Source of the DNA: Macrostomum lignano
Taxonomy: Eukaryota
DNA length: 64,000 bases
Direction of reading: 5' to 3'
Assembly (NCBI GenBank): GCA_002269645.1
Contig: NIVC01000349.1
Span: 434,001-498,000, forward strand
Positions 34,188-46,149 of this stretch are shown here, in pieces. The position numbers were made by a program, and so were the translations under genes. The notes below the pieces were generated by a model that was given only the letters and a program-made list of their open reading frames with translations, had not been told where the DNA came from and did not search any database. Numbering within the stretch: the first letter of the stretch is position 1; every line of letters begins with the position of its first letter.

Positions 34188-36653
34188 TCAGTCTGGAGAC
34201 CCCTCGGACTCCGAGCCGGTCGTTCCGCCGCGACATCGCTGCGCCAGAATGTAGAAATACTCGAGCAGCTCGAACGTGCTGACAACGCTGATTCCCAGCC
34301 AGAGCCCCAGAGTTCCTCCAACCTGCGGGATATACGTAGAATAAAAAATTAACATCGAATCTTAATTTTCTGAACGAAAATCTTTATGAATATCAATAGA
34401 GCTATAAGAAAGGCACAGCATATCAATAGATAAACACTGGATCTGCCTCCTATCGAAAGCAATAACAATTATTGTGCTGAAAAATGAAAACTTGTTACCT
34501 CCGGTAGTGCATTTTCGGCGAAAAGTGGCCTTCAAAACATTTTCCATAGATTTCGAGTGTCAAGTCCTGTATATTACGTTGCTTTAATTGTCCTTGGTTA
34601 ATATATTTTAGTTATTAAAGTATTATTTAACACTACGGAATTCTAACCTTGATACATTTTAGACCAAATATCTCAAATCACTTAAAAAAAGAATGCTGCT
34701 CAAAAGTGCCATATATCAAATGTTAAAACAGGATTTACAGAATGTTTTTAGTCCGATTTGAACGGACTTTCGTTAGCTGGATGAATGTCTCGATCAGACA
34801 ACTGTATATATACTTCGACTGAAATGTTGACAGGTGGCAACACTCTCCGCATTTCTAAGGCCAATATGTGTGAAATGTCTCACCTCGGACAGAGCTTCAG
34901 TCCAGTGGTAGCCGGCCTTCTCTTTGTAAACGTCAGCTGCCGGGCTCTGCAAGCTGATGCTGACTGACGCCAGGCTGCGAGACAAAGTGTACCGCTCGAT
35001 GCAACCCGACGCTTGCTTCAAATACAGCTGAATCAGTAAAGTATCGCAATAATAGTAATCCTTATCGCTGTGATTGCAAAAGAAACTCATGCAGTCATCG
35101 TCGTTTAGAAATGGTAAAATTTGGCTGTATTGTCGAGATTGATTCATATTCCTATAGATATGATGCACTTTGCCATCCTCGGGCAGGAACTCGACTCCAT
35201 GTCTCACTTGCGGCACCATCAGGTTCTCCCAGATCTCTTGAATGGCGCTGAACGGGGGCCACCTGCGGCTCTGCTGCCAAGGCCGTTGCTGAGTGAATTG
35301 GCACCACATCCGGTGCTGGAACTCCTTCGCCAGCTCATCGCTTTGCCTCTGTGCGTGCTCAAACCAGTGATCATGGCAGTCAATTCTCTTGAGCACAGCA
35401 TCCGATGGGGTGATCCACTCCTGCGGTGGAGCGAAGTAGCACAGGTCGCTCGTATTCACCGAGAACGGGAGCAGGTGCGAATAGCAGCCGCAGTTGCTGT
35501 GCAGGATGCTCTGCTGTGCCTCGACTACGAAATCGGAGACGGACTTTGAGTAGGCCTTGGTGACCACGTTCAGCGAGGCGTTGGAGAAGTGCTTGACATA
35601 GTTGATGGTTTCGATTGGAGGCTCGGAGCATCTGCGGCTGGGCTTCGACATGAGTCGGTTGTGGATCGGCCTGAGTTTGATGGAGGTGCTGGTGGCTGAG
35701 GCCACGTCCACGAACTCCGTCTCTGCGGTTTGACATGGATTCTCTTGTGTCCGTGATCATGGAACTATTTTCTGTAAATTCTCAAATGAATAAAACTCAA
35801 AAAAGACCTCAATGAAATGATACGTACGGCTCATTGGATAGCTGCGCGCCTCGTGAATAAAAAGTCGCAGTCCTTCTGACTGAGGATCACTGCCTCTCAG
35901 CAACCTGTTCGTCGCATCCTGACCCAAAATTATTCGATTGACGCAGACTCCCGCAGATTCGGAATTTAGGAATTCATAATGATGGATAGACGGTTCGGCA
36001 TAACCATCGGTGAAGAGCACCATGTCGAGCTCGGCTCCCCTGCCCCCAGAACCGCTGGACGACTGCCCCGGGTCCGGGTGGAACGTGTAGCAGCTCCAGA
36101 ACCGGCTGGTCTGGACAAGCGAGAAGTTCCTGTGACTGCAGGGCTCGCTGTTGTAGCGGCAGCTCAGCAGCATGGTCTTATCGAGGTGGGAGATGTCTCT
36201 GGTGTCGCCCGACACCCACATCACGTCCAGGAGCTTCTTGCACACCTTCTCAAGTCGGTATTCGTAGCTTTCATCCGATTCTTGCGGGCGCTTCTTGGTG
36301 TCCTCTTTGAACCAGTGGTCGAAGTTGCCCCAGGATTTATTCAGGTAGTCGTGATAAATATTCCACCTTATTAAGCTAGCAGAAGCGGGCTTAAAGTTGC
36401 AAATTGTGATGTCGGGAAACTGGGCTCGTTCGCTCCCCAGCTTCAGCTGCGACTCAACGGAGTGCTCGGTGAACTTCTGCACCAACTTTGCCAGGTGGAC
36501 GGTGCAGCCGATCAGAGCAGCTACGAACAGAAGCAGCCAGAAGAGCCGTCGAGCTGAGCCTCTGGACAGGAAGATGTGCAGCAAGCCGTGGGTTCTCGTG
36601 ATGCCAGCCACCTCCTGGGCGGCACCGGTCACCGTGCGGAGTCGGTCTTGCAT
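34188..36653 (-). CDS. DEG/ENaC (amiloride-sensitive) channel subunit, paralogue A, 3 exons, 599 aa
   Basis: Exons 36653-35828, 35722-34884 and 34322-34188 join in frame (1800 nt). Motifs: N-terminal THG, TM1 (LFWLLLFVAALIGC), FPDITICN, CRYN..PC, CYTF, GLRLFIH, Cys-rich thumb, TM2 SEVGGTLGLWLGISVVSTFE. Confidence 0.93.
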
Positions 36654-36752
36654 TTTTTACTTTGTGAAGTTTTTGTATACGCGCGTCTAGTTATAGAAAG
36701 AGTACGAATACTGCGATGTTTGCATTTTAATCAGGATGGCTCGTACCAGAAG

Positions 36753-37641
36753 TGCACAATTATGACCATAGACCGATTGCCGCCATCACAGTGTTCAACA
36801 TATAGCTATATGGGTGAATGTCACAAGCACATTGTATCACGCTGGCGCGCGTTAGATGCACGATTTACTGTGCGTCTAATGTAGGTGTCTATGGCAATTT
36901 TCTATCTGAGTAAAGGCAACAAGCGTGCGTCTAACGCGTCAGTTAGAATATTGATTCGCCTTGTCGACATGAAATGCCGGTAGAGCGCAGCTCGGATACA
37001 AATCAACGTGGCTGGAGCAAAGTATTCGCCATTCCTCTTGCGAAGTGAGCCATAGAAGTATCGCAATAGACTGTCGATCTCGCGCGGTGTAGAAGTCGCC
37101 AAATCACGCTGAACTGACGGATGGTTCTCCATGAAGCTCTGCAACTTACCGACATAATATTCGGTAGCCTTTGTCACACTTTTACTAGCAGCGGTGTCCT
37201 CGATTTCGGAAACGAGCTGTTCCAATTCAAGTAGTTCAGCTTCTTCGTCAGGTATCTTCTTGAAAAGTGCCTCCAGAAGATCCTCCTCTTCTCGATCAAT
37301 TGCCGACTCCGGTAGATTATCAGGCTCGTTCAGAATGTCGTCAATCTCATTGGTGGACAAGCCGGAAATCATTTCGTTTGGAAATTTGCTCAGATTCAGA
37401 AGTCTGACTTTAGTTGGTGGCTCAGCCATATTCTCTCACAAGTGATTTTAATTTAACAGCTTCTTATTCCCTTCTTCGCAACACTCAATCAACTTGCGTG
37501 CCTTTCACGCATTTTTGTCTATGGTTAAGACAAATTAACTGAGCGTGCATCTAACGCGCCATCTAAAGTATTAAGCCAACGTAATACAATGCAACTCATA
37601 CATCGATTTTTTGTGCTTAAATGGTCTATGGCACTCGTGCA
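36753..37641 (-). mobile_element. Internally deleted Crypton-like (tyrosine-recombinase transposon) element
   Basis: ORF 37429-36902 encodes SVTKATEYYVGKLQSF...EIDSLLRYFYGSLRKRNGEYFAPATLICIRAALYRHF...INI, the pattern of the Crypton/KCTD1/ZMYM-type N-terminal domain that precedes DUF3504. It has no catalytic domain. Flanking inverted motifs: GCGCGTTAGATGCACG (36846-36862) and CGTGCATCTAACGCGC (37544-37559); CCATAGAC (36766) and GTCTATGG (37624). Confidence 0.72.
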
Positions 37642-37994
37642 AATCGATGTATGAATCCTACAATGAAATAGAAAAAAAAATTATTATTGTTTACTTTTGT
37701 GCCCTTGGGTACACTTGCACCGATAACTACGAGTATATACCAATACCACAGACTTTCTGAGCGCAAGAAAGAGACAGGGACTACTCAATACCAAGTTGTC
37801 CTTGGAAAGAAAGGAAATCCGAGGGAAGCAAAGCAAAGAATGCCACACTACCTATCCTGTAGGCCTGTCTCAGGTCCACCTTGCACATGCATGTACATGC
37901 TCTGGCGCAGCGTCCTACCAAAAGCTGCTTTTGCATGCTTTTCCTGAATCTAAAATAGACAGGTCTGAATCCAATGAGAGCTGCTCTGAGTTGC

Positions 37995-38180
37995 GCGAAG
38001 AAGACTGGTCTGAGTCGGATGAAGACTGGTCTGAGTCGGATGAAGACTGGTCTGAGTCGGATGAAGACTGGTCTGAGTCGGATGAAGACTGGTCTGAGTC
38101 GGATGAAGACTGGTCTGAGTCGGATGAAGACTGGTCTGAGTCGGATGAAGACTGATCTGAGTCGGATGAAGACTGGTCTG
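37995..38180. repeat. 21-bp minisatellite
   Basis: Unit GAAGACTGGTCTGAGTCGGAT, about 8 copies. Confidence 0.95.
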
Positions 38181-38284
38181 GTACAGTACGGGCCTATACA
38201 TTTAAGTCACAGCGCAAAGCTTGACTACTGAGAAGTGGATGGTCTAAAGTTTGGCGTGAAAAACATGAATGGCGGGCAAAGAAA

Positions 38285-38705
38285 TGTGCTGTCCTGAGCT
38301 GTCCTGTGCTGTGCTCTCCTATGCTGTGCTGTGCTGTCTTGTCCTTGCTGTGCTGTCCTATGCTCTCCTATGCTGTCCTATGCTGTGCTGTCCTATGCTG
38401 TGCTGTCCTGCCCTGTCCTGTCCTGTCATATCCTGTCCTGTCCTGTCATGTCCTGTCCTGTCCTGTTCTGTCCAGTCATGTCCTGTCATGTCCTGTCCTG
38501 TCCTGTCATGTCCTGTCATGTCCTGTCATGTCCTGTCATGTCCAGCTGTCATGTCCTGTCATGTCCTGTCATATCCTGTCCTGTCCTGTCATGTCCTGTC
38601 ATGTCCTGTCATGTCCTGTCCTGTCCTGTCATGTCCTGTCCTGTCATATCCTGTCCTGTCCTGTCATGTCCTGTCCTGTCCTGTTCTGTCCAGTCATGTC
38701 GTGAC
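38285..38705. repeat. (TGTCC)/(TGTCA) pentamer microsatellite
   Basis: Compound pentanucleotide tract. Confidence 0.93.
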
Positions 38706-39467
38706 ATGTCCCTTCAGTTCTAGTCAGCTTCAATAACTAAATGCTCAGTAGTTTTTCCGCAGAGTTTTGATTCTAGTAGCAGTACGAAGGGTTCCTCATG
38801 CTACCATCGTACGCTGTTACATTTGTCTAGGGTCGATAACTCTCCTTCTGAGAGCAAACCAAAGTAAGTCATCCAAGGACTACTGTTTTGTTAAGTATCA
38901 GTATTATATCAGTAGAATCTTGACAATTATTTATCATTGAATAAAATGAGTAAAAAATGCAAACAGCCTACTGCTAGTAGTGTATACGAGATTTTTGTGA
39001 ATTTAAGAGTTCTTAATTAATTAGTGTTTAAACAGATGAAACACAGAGTCAGAAATGTATTTTGATAGATAATTGTTGTCAGCCAAATAGGAGTCCAATT
39101 CAGTCACATACTAAAAGCAGTGGCCTACATTTAAATATCGATATGTTAAATATCAATATACGACATGTTTCGCTCAGCGCACAGCATTCTCAGATAGATT
39201 AAAAAGTATTTGCGAGAAACAACAAAGGTTAAAGGGACGAAAATATAAATTAGACTATAGTATACAGTATCCACAAATATTCGAAATAAACCGAATGTTT
39301 CTTGATGGCTTTGTTTTTTCAATTCTATTTAAAAGAAAAGTAGTCTTAAACTCTGTTTTTCGCTATGGATACGGATTTACCACGTGATAAAAAACATGTA
39401 CAGAGAATTAATCAAACACCAAGTCTAAATTACTTCAATTGGAACCTTCATACCAATTGCGCATGCT

Positions 39468-39884
39468 TCAAATGTCTCCTTTGCCAGCCGCAGGATTTGT
39501 GTTTCTTTGACAAATAGCAACGTTTTGTCGCCTTCTTTTGCTATCATCGTTGGTTTCCACTTGAAATAAGTGATTCAAACAAAAATCCGGGTCCCTGCTC
39601 CACTTTAAAGTAATCAGGCCGGGCTGTGGGTTGTCCAACGTCCACGTGCCTTTGGTGATGCCATTGCACCACGATCTTATACTGGGGTTTCTTCTTGTTT
39701 CCTCTGCTGTGTGATTTCCGCGTTTAAAATAAACATCCAGGGCCAGCTCGCGGCAATCAAACCATACATAGCCATATGGGCGAATATGCACCGCATTGGC
39801 ATAACCGAATGTCCGATCGTGATACTTTCCTGTCACAGTCCACTCTTCTTTTGTATTGTTCTGCACTCCGAAAGCGCCTCCCAT
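39468..39884 (-). CDS. Orphan 138-aa ORF of unknown function
   Basis: ATG-initiated, non-repetitive ORF (MGGAFGVQNNTKEEW...) followed by AT-rich, UTR-like sequence. No family recognised. Confidence 0.45.
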   Translation of the reverse strand: MGGAFGVQNNTKEEWTVTGKYHDRTFGYANAVHIRPYGYVWFDCRELALDVYFKRGNHTAEETRRNPSIRSWCNGITKGTWTLDNPQPGLITLKWSRDPDFCLNHLFQVETNDDSKRRRQNVAICQRNTNPAAGKGDI

Positions 39885-40494
39885 GCTTCGTCAGGACCGG
39901 TCGGTTAAAATTGAAAAAAATATGAGCAGTCCAGTGCTGATCCAACGCGTTTCAGAGGATTTTCGAAGGTGCGGGCGTTCCACCGCCTAAATATAATCTT
40001 CCAGCGGCTTGTTGAAGTTCGACTGTACTTGGCTTATCTTTATTCGACTCTTTCGATGTTACACTTTGCACGGTACTTGGCTCCTATCTATTTAAACTTG
40101 CACTTACGGTGCGATGTCATATCTGAATTTGTTAGCTCGATTATGTACTACTCTACCTATGCTTTTTACTCATGCCTTGAGATGTCGGGAAGCTTTAACT
40201 CCCCAGCGCAGTCGGTTCATAATATCTGTGGCCAGAACACGAATTCTCTACCCACCGTTCCAGTCAGGTTATGGCTAGAACTCCACCAATAATAGAAGTA
40301 AAAAGCAAACAAATTAACAAACTTCGCAAAAATAACTGTACATTGCAATACCAAACTTAAACTTTTCATTTTTAGGCTCCGCATAGTTTCTCTAGAGTCC
40401 AATTCAAAAGCTAACATCCATTTTGTGCCAATGTGTTCAATCAATGATGGGTTGGTCAAAAAGATGGGTCGTGCATGGATTCAAAAGCCCCACC

Positions 40495-41050
40495 AAGACG
40501 GCCCCCAAGACAGCCCCCCCCCCTTGACAGCCGCCATGACAGCCAGCCCAAGACAGCCCCCCCCCTACACAGCCGCCATGACAGCCAGCCCAAGACAGCC
40601 ACCTCCTAGACAGCCGCCATGACAGCCAGCCCAAGACAGCCACCTCCTAGACAGCCGCCATGACAGCCAGCCCAAGACAGCCACCTCCTAGACAGCCGCC
40701 ATGACAGCCAGCCCAAGACAGCCACCTCCTAGACAGCCGCCATGACAGCCAGCCCAAGACAGCCACCTCCTAGACAGCCGCCATGACAGCCAGCCCAAGA
40801 CAGCCCCCCCCCCTACACAGCCGCCATGACAGCCAGCCCAAGACAGCCACCACCTAGACAGCCGCCATGACAGCCAGCCCAAGACAGCCACCCCTAGACA
40901 GCCGCCAAGACAGCCACCCCTAGACAGCCGCCATGACAGCCAGCCCCTAGACAGCCGCCATGACAGCCAGCCCCCTACACAGCCGCCATGACAGCCAGCC
41001 CAAGACAGCCACCCCCTAGACAGCCGCCATGACAGCCAGCCCAAGACAGC
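40495..41050. repeat. Approximately 41-bp GC-rich minisatellite
   Basis: Unit GACAGCCGCCATGACAGCCAGCCCAAGACAGCCACCTCCTA. Confidence 0.93.
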
Positions 41051-41676
41051 CCAATATTCTCTGGTGAGCGTGTGCATGAGTGCGTGCCTTTGTACTCATT
41101 AGTGCGCTTGTGTGTGCTCAAGAGCCAGTGAAATGGGCAGAATTGCCTCAGCCCTGGTTGTTGCGTTACCGAAGGCGTTTCGTTGGAGTTCCCACAGTCC
41201 TACTGAGAATATTGATTCTTTCAACAAGGCTAGAAGTATACTCAGCAACATTGAAAAGTCGCCACTCTATGCGCCAGTGAGCAATTTTTTCTGGGACTAT
41301 TCTGGGACAAAAGATACTAGAAAACCGATCGGGGTAGCTTTAATCCGTCCAACCCTCGCACACCGCTGCCCCCACTTCAATCCTCAACTCATGTCTGCCG
41401 CGAAAGTATAGTACCTGAGTTGCGTCACTCGCAAAGATTGAGAGACTGCCTGCACTCTCAAAAGTGGCGACAACAGACGGAATCTTTTGTGATGCCAACT
41501 TTTCGATGCTACTGATAGTAGTTAAAAAGCGTTAAAAAGAGTAGAGTAAGGTTTTGTACGAGCGTAACTTCACGCACTTAAATAATCACTAAAATTGCCT
41601 TCAATACTTAAGCGAGTGGTGAATTTTATTGCCAAGAGCAACTAAACAATTTCTTTGTCTATTTGAATTGACTTTT

Positions 41677-43896
41677 TGATGTAACCACGCTCTGGTCGCG
41701 GGATAGGGCATGGGAACTTTTTCGAAAGTGCCTTCTATCCCGTGCACCCTCTGCACAGAGCTGTCGAGACTCGGCCAGGTCTCCGACCGGGCCTGGAGAC
41801 TCCCGCTCTGCTGCACCCCTCCTGCTGCCTTGGTCCCGTCTCCCCTGCCGCCACACCTGCCTTTCCGGAGCCCCCTACCCCTTTCTGTACCTCCCCCTCT
41901 ACCTTATCTCTTCTGTTTTCCGCCCTATTCTTCCTGTACTTTTCCTATCTCCCCTCTTTTTGTCTCCCTCTGCACTCTTTTCCTGCGCTGTCCCCTCTTT
42001 CCCTGTGTCTACTTACAGTATTTTGTGTGCTCACCGTCTCCCCATCCCCTCTCAAACTCCCAAACGGTGACACAAGTCGTGTGACCCCCTCTCCCCCTCG
42101 GTGACTCATCGATGACTCATCCCCCTCTCTTGCGCAACCTTTTCTCACGCCATTGTTCTCTTCCCCAAATTTCTCATGCGACACCCACCCCACCTCCGCT
42201 TCTATTGTTCTCGTTTTTGCTTCTATTGTTCTCTCGACCCCCACCAATTATCACATTTTCTCCGATTTTCTCCTTCTTTTGTTCTCGTTTTCGCACCTAA
42301 TTATCACCTTTTCCCCAATGTTTACTTTTCCATTGTTCTTGATTCTCCTCAATTATCCCCGATTTCCAATTCCTTTGTTCTCGACCCCGGCCCCATTGTT
42401 CTCAATGTTTGCTTGCGCAACACTTTCGCGACCACCCGCTGCGCCAATTATCCCCCCACCCCACCTCCGGATTGCGCAATTTCCCTATTTCTCATGTTGC
42501 TATGCCGGTCTCATGTTTCTCATCATGACTCATTCTGACGTCATTCGGCCGGCAGCCAATCAGAGAGAGGGAGCCATGGTAACGACCTTGGAGCGGCGGC
42601 TGGGAAGGCTATAAAAGGAGGCGGTTTTCGGCATGAGAAGACTCAACTTTTGCCCACCTTCGGGCTCCTTGTCTTTCTTTAGACTTGCCGTCAGACTGAG
42701 TTCTGACCCATTCGTCTATAAGACGAATCCCTGCCGGTCCGCGGTCTGTTACCGCCAAGTTATCTTCAGCTCCCCAAGTGAGCTCGCCTATCGGCCAGCG
42801 GTCTGACACCGCCCAGCATCATCAGCTTCGCCTGATCTACACCAGCGCCTCGTCGCTTCAGCGCACCGCCGCTTCACTGTCTGCCTGACTGCAGCCTACA
42901 GCCGCCCTCGGTCACTCCGCCTCTCTCTCTCTCTGTGCAGCTGCCGGTAAGTTCCTGTTACTAATTTGTGCTCTAATTGCCTTTGCTTATCCGGGGTTTG
43001 CCTATTTTCCATTGCTTGATTAGAGAGCTGAGCCAATTGTGATACCGTATCTTTTGCTGTATTTTACTCAATAGTGAAGGTGCCTAATTGCCTGACTATT
43101 CGCCTAAAGGCCTAATTATTAACTATTAACTAACTTCATCATTATTCAATCTTTCACCATCATTTAACTCATGGCTTGCTAAGCCTTTCTCCCGGGGTGG
43201 CAAAGCATAAGGAAGTTTGGGTAAGCTAATGGCCTCTCCCCGTGCAAAGCCCGCCTGTGAGTGCGTGCGGCGGGTTCGTGAGTGCGTGCCGTGGAAGGTG
43301 ATTAGCGAGTTTTGGCACAGAATGGCAGTAGGAAGGTTGCAACCCCATGCTAACGCGTCCCTTCGCCCTGAGCAATCTAAACTAGAGACAGTACATGTTC
43401 GCCTCATACTACTCTTAGTAATCAAAGTCGCAAGTCAGCCTAGCTCACAGCCACAAAGGATCCCCTGCTGAGAAATCCTCCAGGATTGAGCCCAGAGTTC
43501 CCGATCATGCCCCAAGCAGAGTCCCTGTACTCGGCTGCATGCGTCTCCCCTGTTAGCCTAAATCCCCTGGTAACCAATCCAGGCGGGGCTCTAGCCTCGA
43601 GAGGTCTGGTAGAAAGATCCAGGTGCGCCAGGTCACATAGAGTGGTGGCAGCCACTCGGTCATATCATGACCGAGTGACCAACTATTGCACCTTGGCTAC
43701 AGGTGGGGTCCATGTGGGTCCTTGGCCCTCTGGTCACGAAGCGCTACCAAAGCTACTAATCATGTGGGCGGGACAGTCTGGTGCTGGAGGTCCGTCAGGT
43801 CATTGCCCGGTCATAGGCAGCCTACGGTCATTGCCCCCTCTAGCCAAGCGTTCGTCTCTCAATAGGAGCGGACAGGCGACAAGGGCGGTTACATCA
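41677..43896 (+). mobile_element. TG..CA-bounded LTR-like element (probable long solo LTR)
   Basis: Perfect 10-bp terminal inverted repeat TGATGTAACC / GGTTACATCA with TTTT on both flanks (possible 4-bp TSD, weak because it is a homopolymer). Internal CCAAT (42556), TATAAAA (42610) and a GTAAGT donor (about 42946). No coding capacity recognised. Confidence 0.6.
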
Positions 43897-44076
43897 TTTT
43901 ATTGTAATAAGCTCTTCAAAAAGTGCACCTAGACATATTCAATATTTGAAGCGGTCTCAGGGGCAGAAGGCCGACATCGCCTGCCGCACCTCATCGGTGC
44001 TCAGCTGCCTGCGAGCGACCCCGAAACACCTCATGCAGAGTCGCTGAGATGTGGCATGATGGGGATTGAAAATCCC

Positions 44077-45801
44077 CTAATCCCCTAATCGAAGTTGCTG
44101 CAGTCCCAGTTCATGACCCCCAGAAGTCCAGTTCCGATATTCAACTCTCAGCGGCTCTCCTATGGAAGGAGAATCCAAAATGCTGTTTTTCATTGCCAGC
44201 CGAATGTCGCACCAGCTGCCAGCACAGCCCGATCCTCTATAAACATGGTCATTTCTGTGTCTAATATTTCCAGGATGTATACCTTGAAAGCTAGTTAAAT
44301 AGAAGATGTCAGCGCTAAAAGAATAAAGCCAGGCAAAAAAGCTGAAATATGAAAATGGGTTTGAATAATCACTGAGGACTGATACAAACTCAGCATTGAT
44401 GCCGCTGCTCCGACTCAGCCTGAAGTACATGGTCCACTCTGCTGCGTTCCAGATCGACTCATTGAATGCCACGGGAGCTCCGACATTGTAGAACTCGCTG
44501 TGATTGAATGGATAAGTTGAGTTCCACTTAAAGCAGGCCCCGTCCTCTGCCGACCTCTCCACGCCGAACTGGTCCTCGATGGCGAAGGTGCGCGGGTCCA
44601 CCAGGTTGTCGAGGCCCCTCCTGAAGTCGAACGCAGCCACGAGGCCGTCCACAGGTGGAGTGACGCCTCCGTCAGGTGCAGAGGTGACGCCTCCGTCAGG
44701 TGCAGAGGTGACGCCTCCGTCAGGTGCAGAGGTGACGCCTCCGTCAGGTGTGGAGGTGACGCCTCCGTCAGGTGCAGAGGTGACGCCTCCGTCAGGTGCA
44801 GAGGTAACGCCTCCGTCAGGTGCAGAGGTGACGCCTCCGTCAGGTGTGGAGGTGCCGTCCGACGCCTCCGTCTTGCACACGAACCTGTGCCTGCTGTGGC
44901 ACCTGTCGCTGCGCAGTCGACCAGCTGACAGCGTGACGCAGTTCACAGTCCAGTCCGCACTGTCCGGGTGTCCAGTCTCCCATGCGGGCAGTTTGTTGTC
45001 GTGTTTCCCTGAGAAATCCGTCCACTGGTAGCAGAGCTCGCGACCCGCACTGTCAGGGAAGCAGGGGTTCAGCTTGATGAGGCCGAGCCACACCGAGTCG
45101 AGCAGCTCTGCCGACTCGCAGCTGTCGATTCCGAAGCTGAGCTTGTTCACAAAGTCCAGCTCAGACTGGGTGAGCACCGACGCCAGCTGCGACGAGTTTC
45201 GCTGGCAGTAGAAGTTGGCCTCGTTGAAGTTGGCCTCAAACTGCGGCATCACGTAGCACTGCTTGTCGTGCAGCCACCAGCCGCTGGGACATCGGCCCTT
45301 CGACCGCCACCACCAGTCGACGAGACTGCTGGAGTTGGCGCTCAACTTGCACACAAACGGGTGCCGCTCGTGATACAGCGAGTTGAGCCACCACTCACCG
45401 TCACTTTGGATCAGAGGCTTGTGAACGCTGTCCAGCTTAGAGAAGTTGTGTCTGTCGAAGCTCCCTACTCCGCCTACGCCGTCCGTCCACCTGTAGCTTG
45501 TAGGGTCGGTCAGACGGTCGAGGTCGGTGCCGAACAAACCGATCCAGGCGTCTCTGCAGTGAGACAGTCGGCCTACCAGTCGGTTCTCTTGCTCACTTTG
45601 GATGGACGCGAGGTGAGCCCGGTGAGACAGACACGTCTGCTCGGCCTGAAACCAGTAGTTCGGCTCGCTGAACCACTTGTAGCATGAGTGAGCTCGGTGT
45701 GTCCAGCCGTGTCCGGGACACTGAGTAGAGGCGGCGCCGGTGAGCAGCAGAGCTGCAGTGGCTGCGGCGAGGCAGGCAGCGAGTAGCTGGCGGTGCTGCA
45801 T
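44077..45801 (-). CDS. Secreted C-type lectin: signal peptide, two CTLDs, 8-aa Thr/Pro repeat linker and a LamG/ConA-like C-terminal domain
   Basis: Single long ORF with a hydrophobic N-terminus (MQHRQLLAACLAAATAALLLTG). CTLD1: CPGHGW..SCYKW..W..AEQTC..HLASI..WIGL..WTDG..FVCK. CTLD2: CPSGWW..CY..ANFYC..LASV..VWLGL..CV..C..FVCK. The linker is (TSAPDGGV)n, encoded by a 24-bp repeat at about 44655-44860. The C-terminal domain call is inference. Confidence 0.85.
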   Translation of the reverse strand: MQHRQLLAACLAAATAALLLTGAASTQCPGHGWTHRAHSCYKWFSEPNYWFQAEQTCLSHRAHLASIQSEQENRLVGRLSHCRDAWIGLFGTDLDRLTDPTSYRWTDGVGGVGSFDRHNFSKLDSVHKPLIQSDGEWWLNSLYHERHPFVCKLSANSSSLVDWWWRSKGRCPSGWWLHDKQCYVMPQFEANFNEANFYCQRNSSQLASVLTQSELDFVNKLSFGIDSCESAELLDSVWLGLIKLNPCFPDSAGRELCYQWTDFSGKHDNKLPAWETGHPDSADWTVNCVTLSAGRLRSDRCHSRHRFVCKTEASDGTSTPDGGVTSAPDGGVTSAPDGGVTSAPDGGVTSTPDGGVTSAPDGGVTSAPDGGVTSAPDGGVTPPVDGLVAAFDFRRGLDNLVDPRTFAIEDQFGVERSAEDGACFKWNSTYPFNHSEFYNVGAPVAFNESIWNAAEWTMYFRLSRSSGINAEFVSVLSDYSNPFSYFSFFAWLYSFSADIFYLTSFQGIHPGNIRHRNDHVYRGSGCAGSWCDIRLAMKNSILDSPSIGEPLRVEYRNWTSGGHELGLQQLRLGD

Positions 45802-46149
45802 TTGCTGAGTCGCCAATGGGAGTCGCTGATTGGAGCGGCCACTTTGAGTTGCAAATTTGAGCAGGCATTGCGAGTCGGCATTTATCCACTCGAGCTGGTG
45901 GGAACTCGGCGCCTGCTACAGCTGCTGGTGAGCCCAAGTTAATTGCCGACAAAGGCGCAGCTTTGGCTACTACGGCGGCGGATGTCAGTAGCAGATCTGA
46001 GGAAAAATATTTTTTATCAGTTTTTGTAAGTAATTGTTTTTTTCGAATGTTAATTTACGACCTCAAGTTGCTTTTTGAGTTTTTTTACTTTTAGATTATA
46101 CCATCTGGCTGCAATCCACGAAGTAATTGCACGATATTATAAAAACAGT

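Noticed and set aside
37796-38231. Acidic protein with EDWSESD repeats
   Set aside because: The repeat part is a 21-bp minisatellite open in several frames, and the unique part has no ATG or coding signal.
41112-41411. 99-aa plus-strand ORF next to the 41-bp satellite
   Set aside because: Non-ATG start, no recognisable domain and no supporting splice structure; it cannot be supported from sequence alone.
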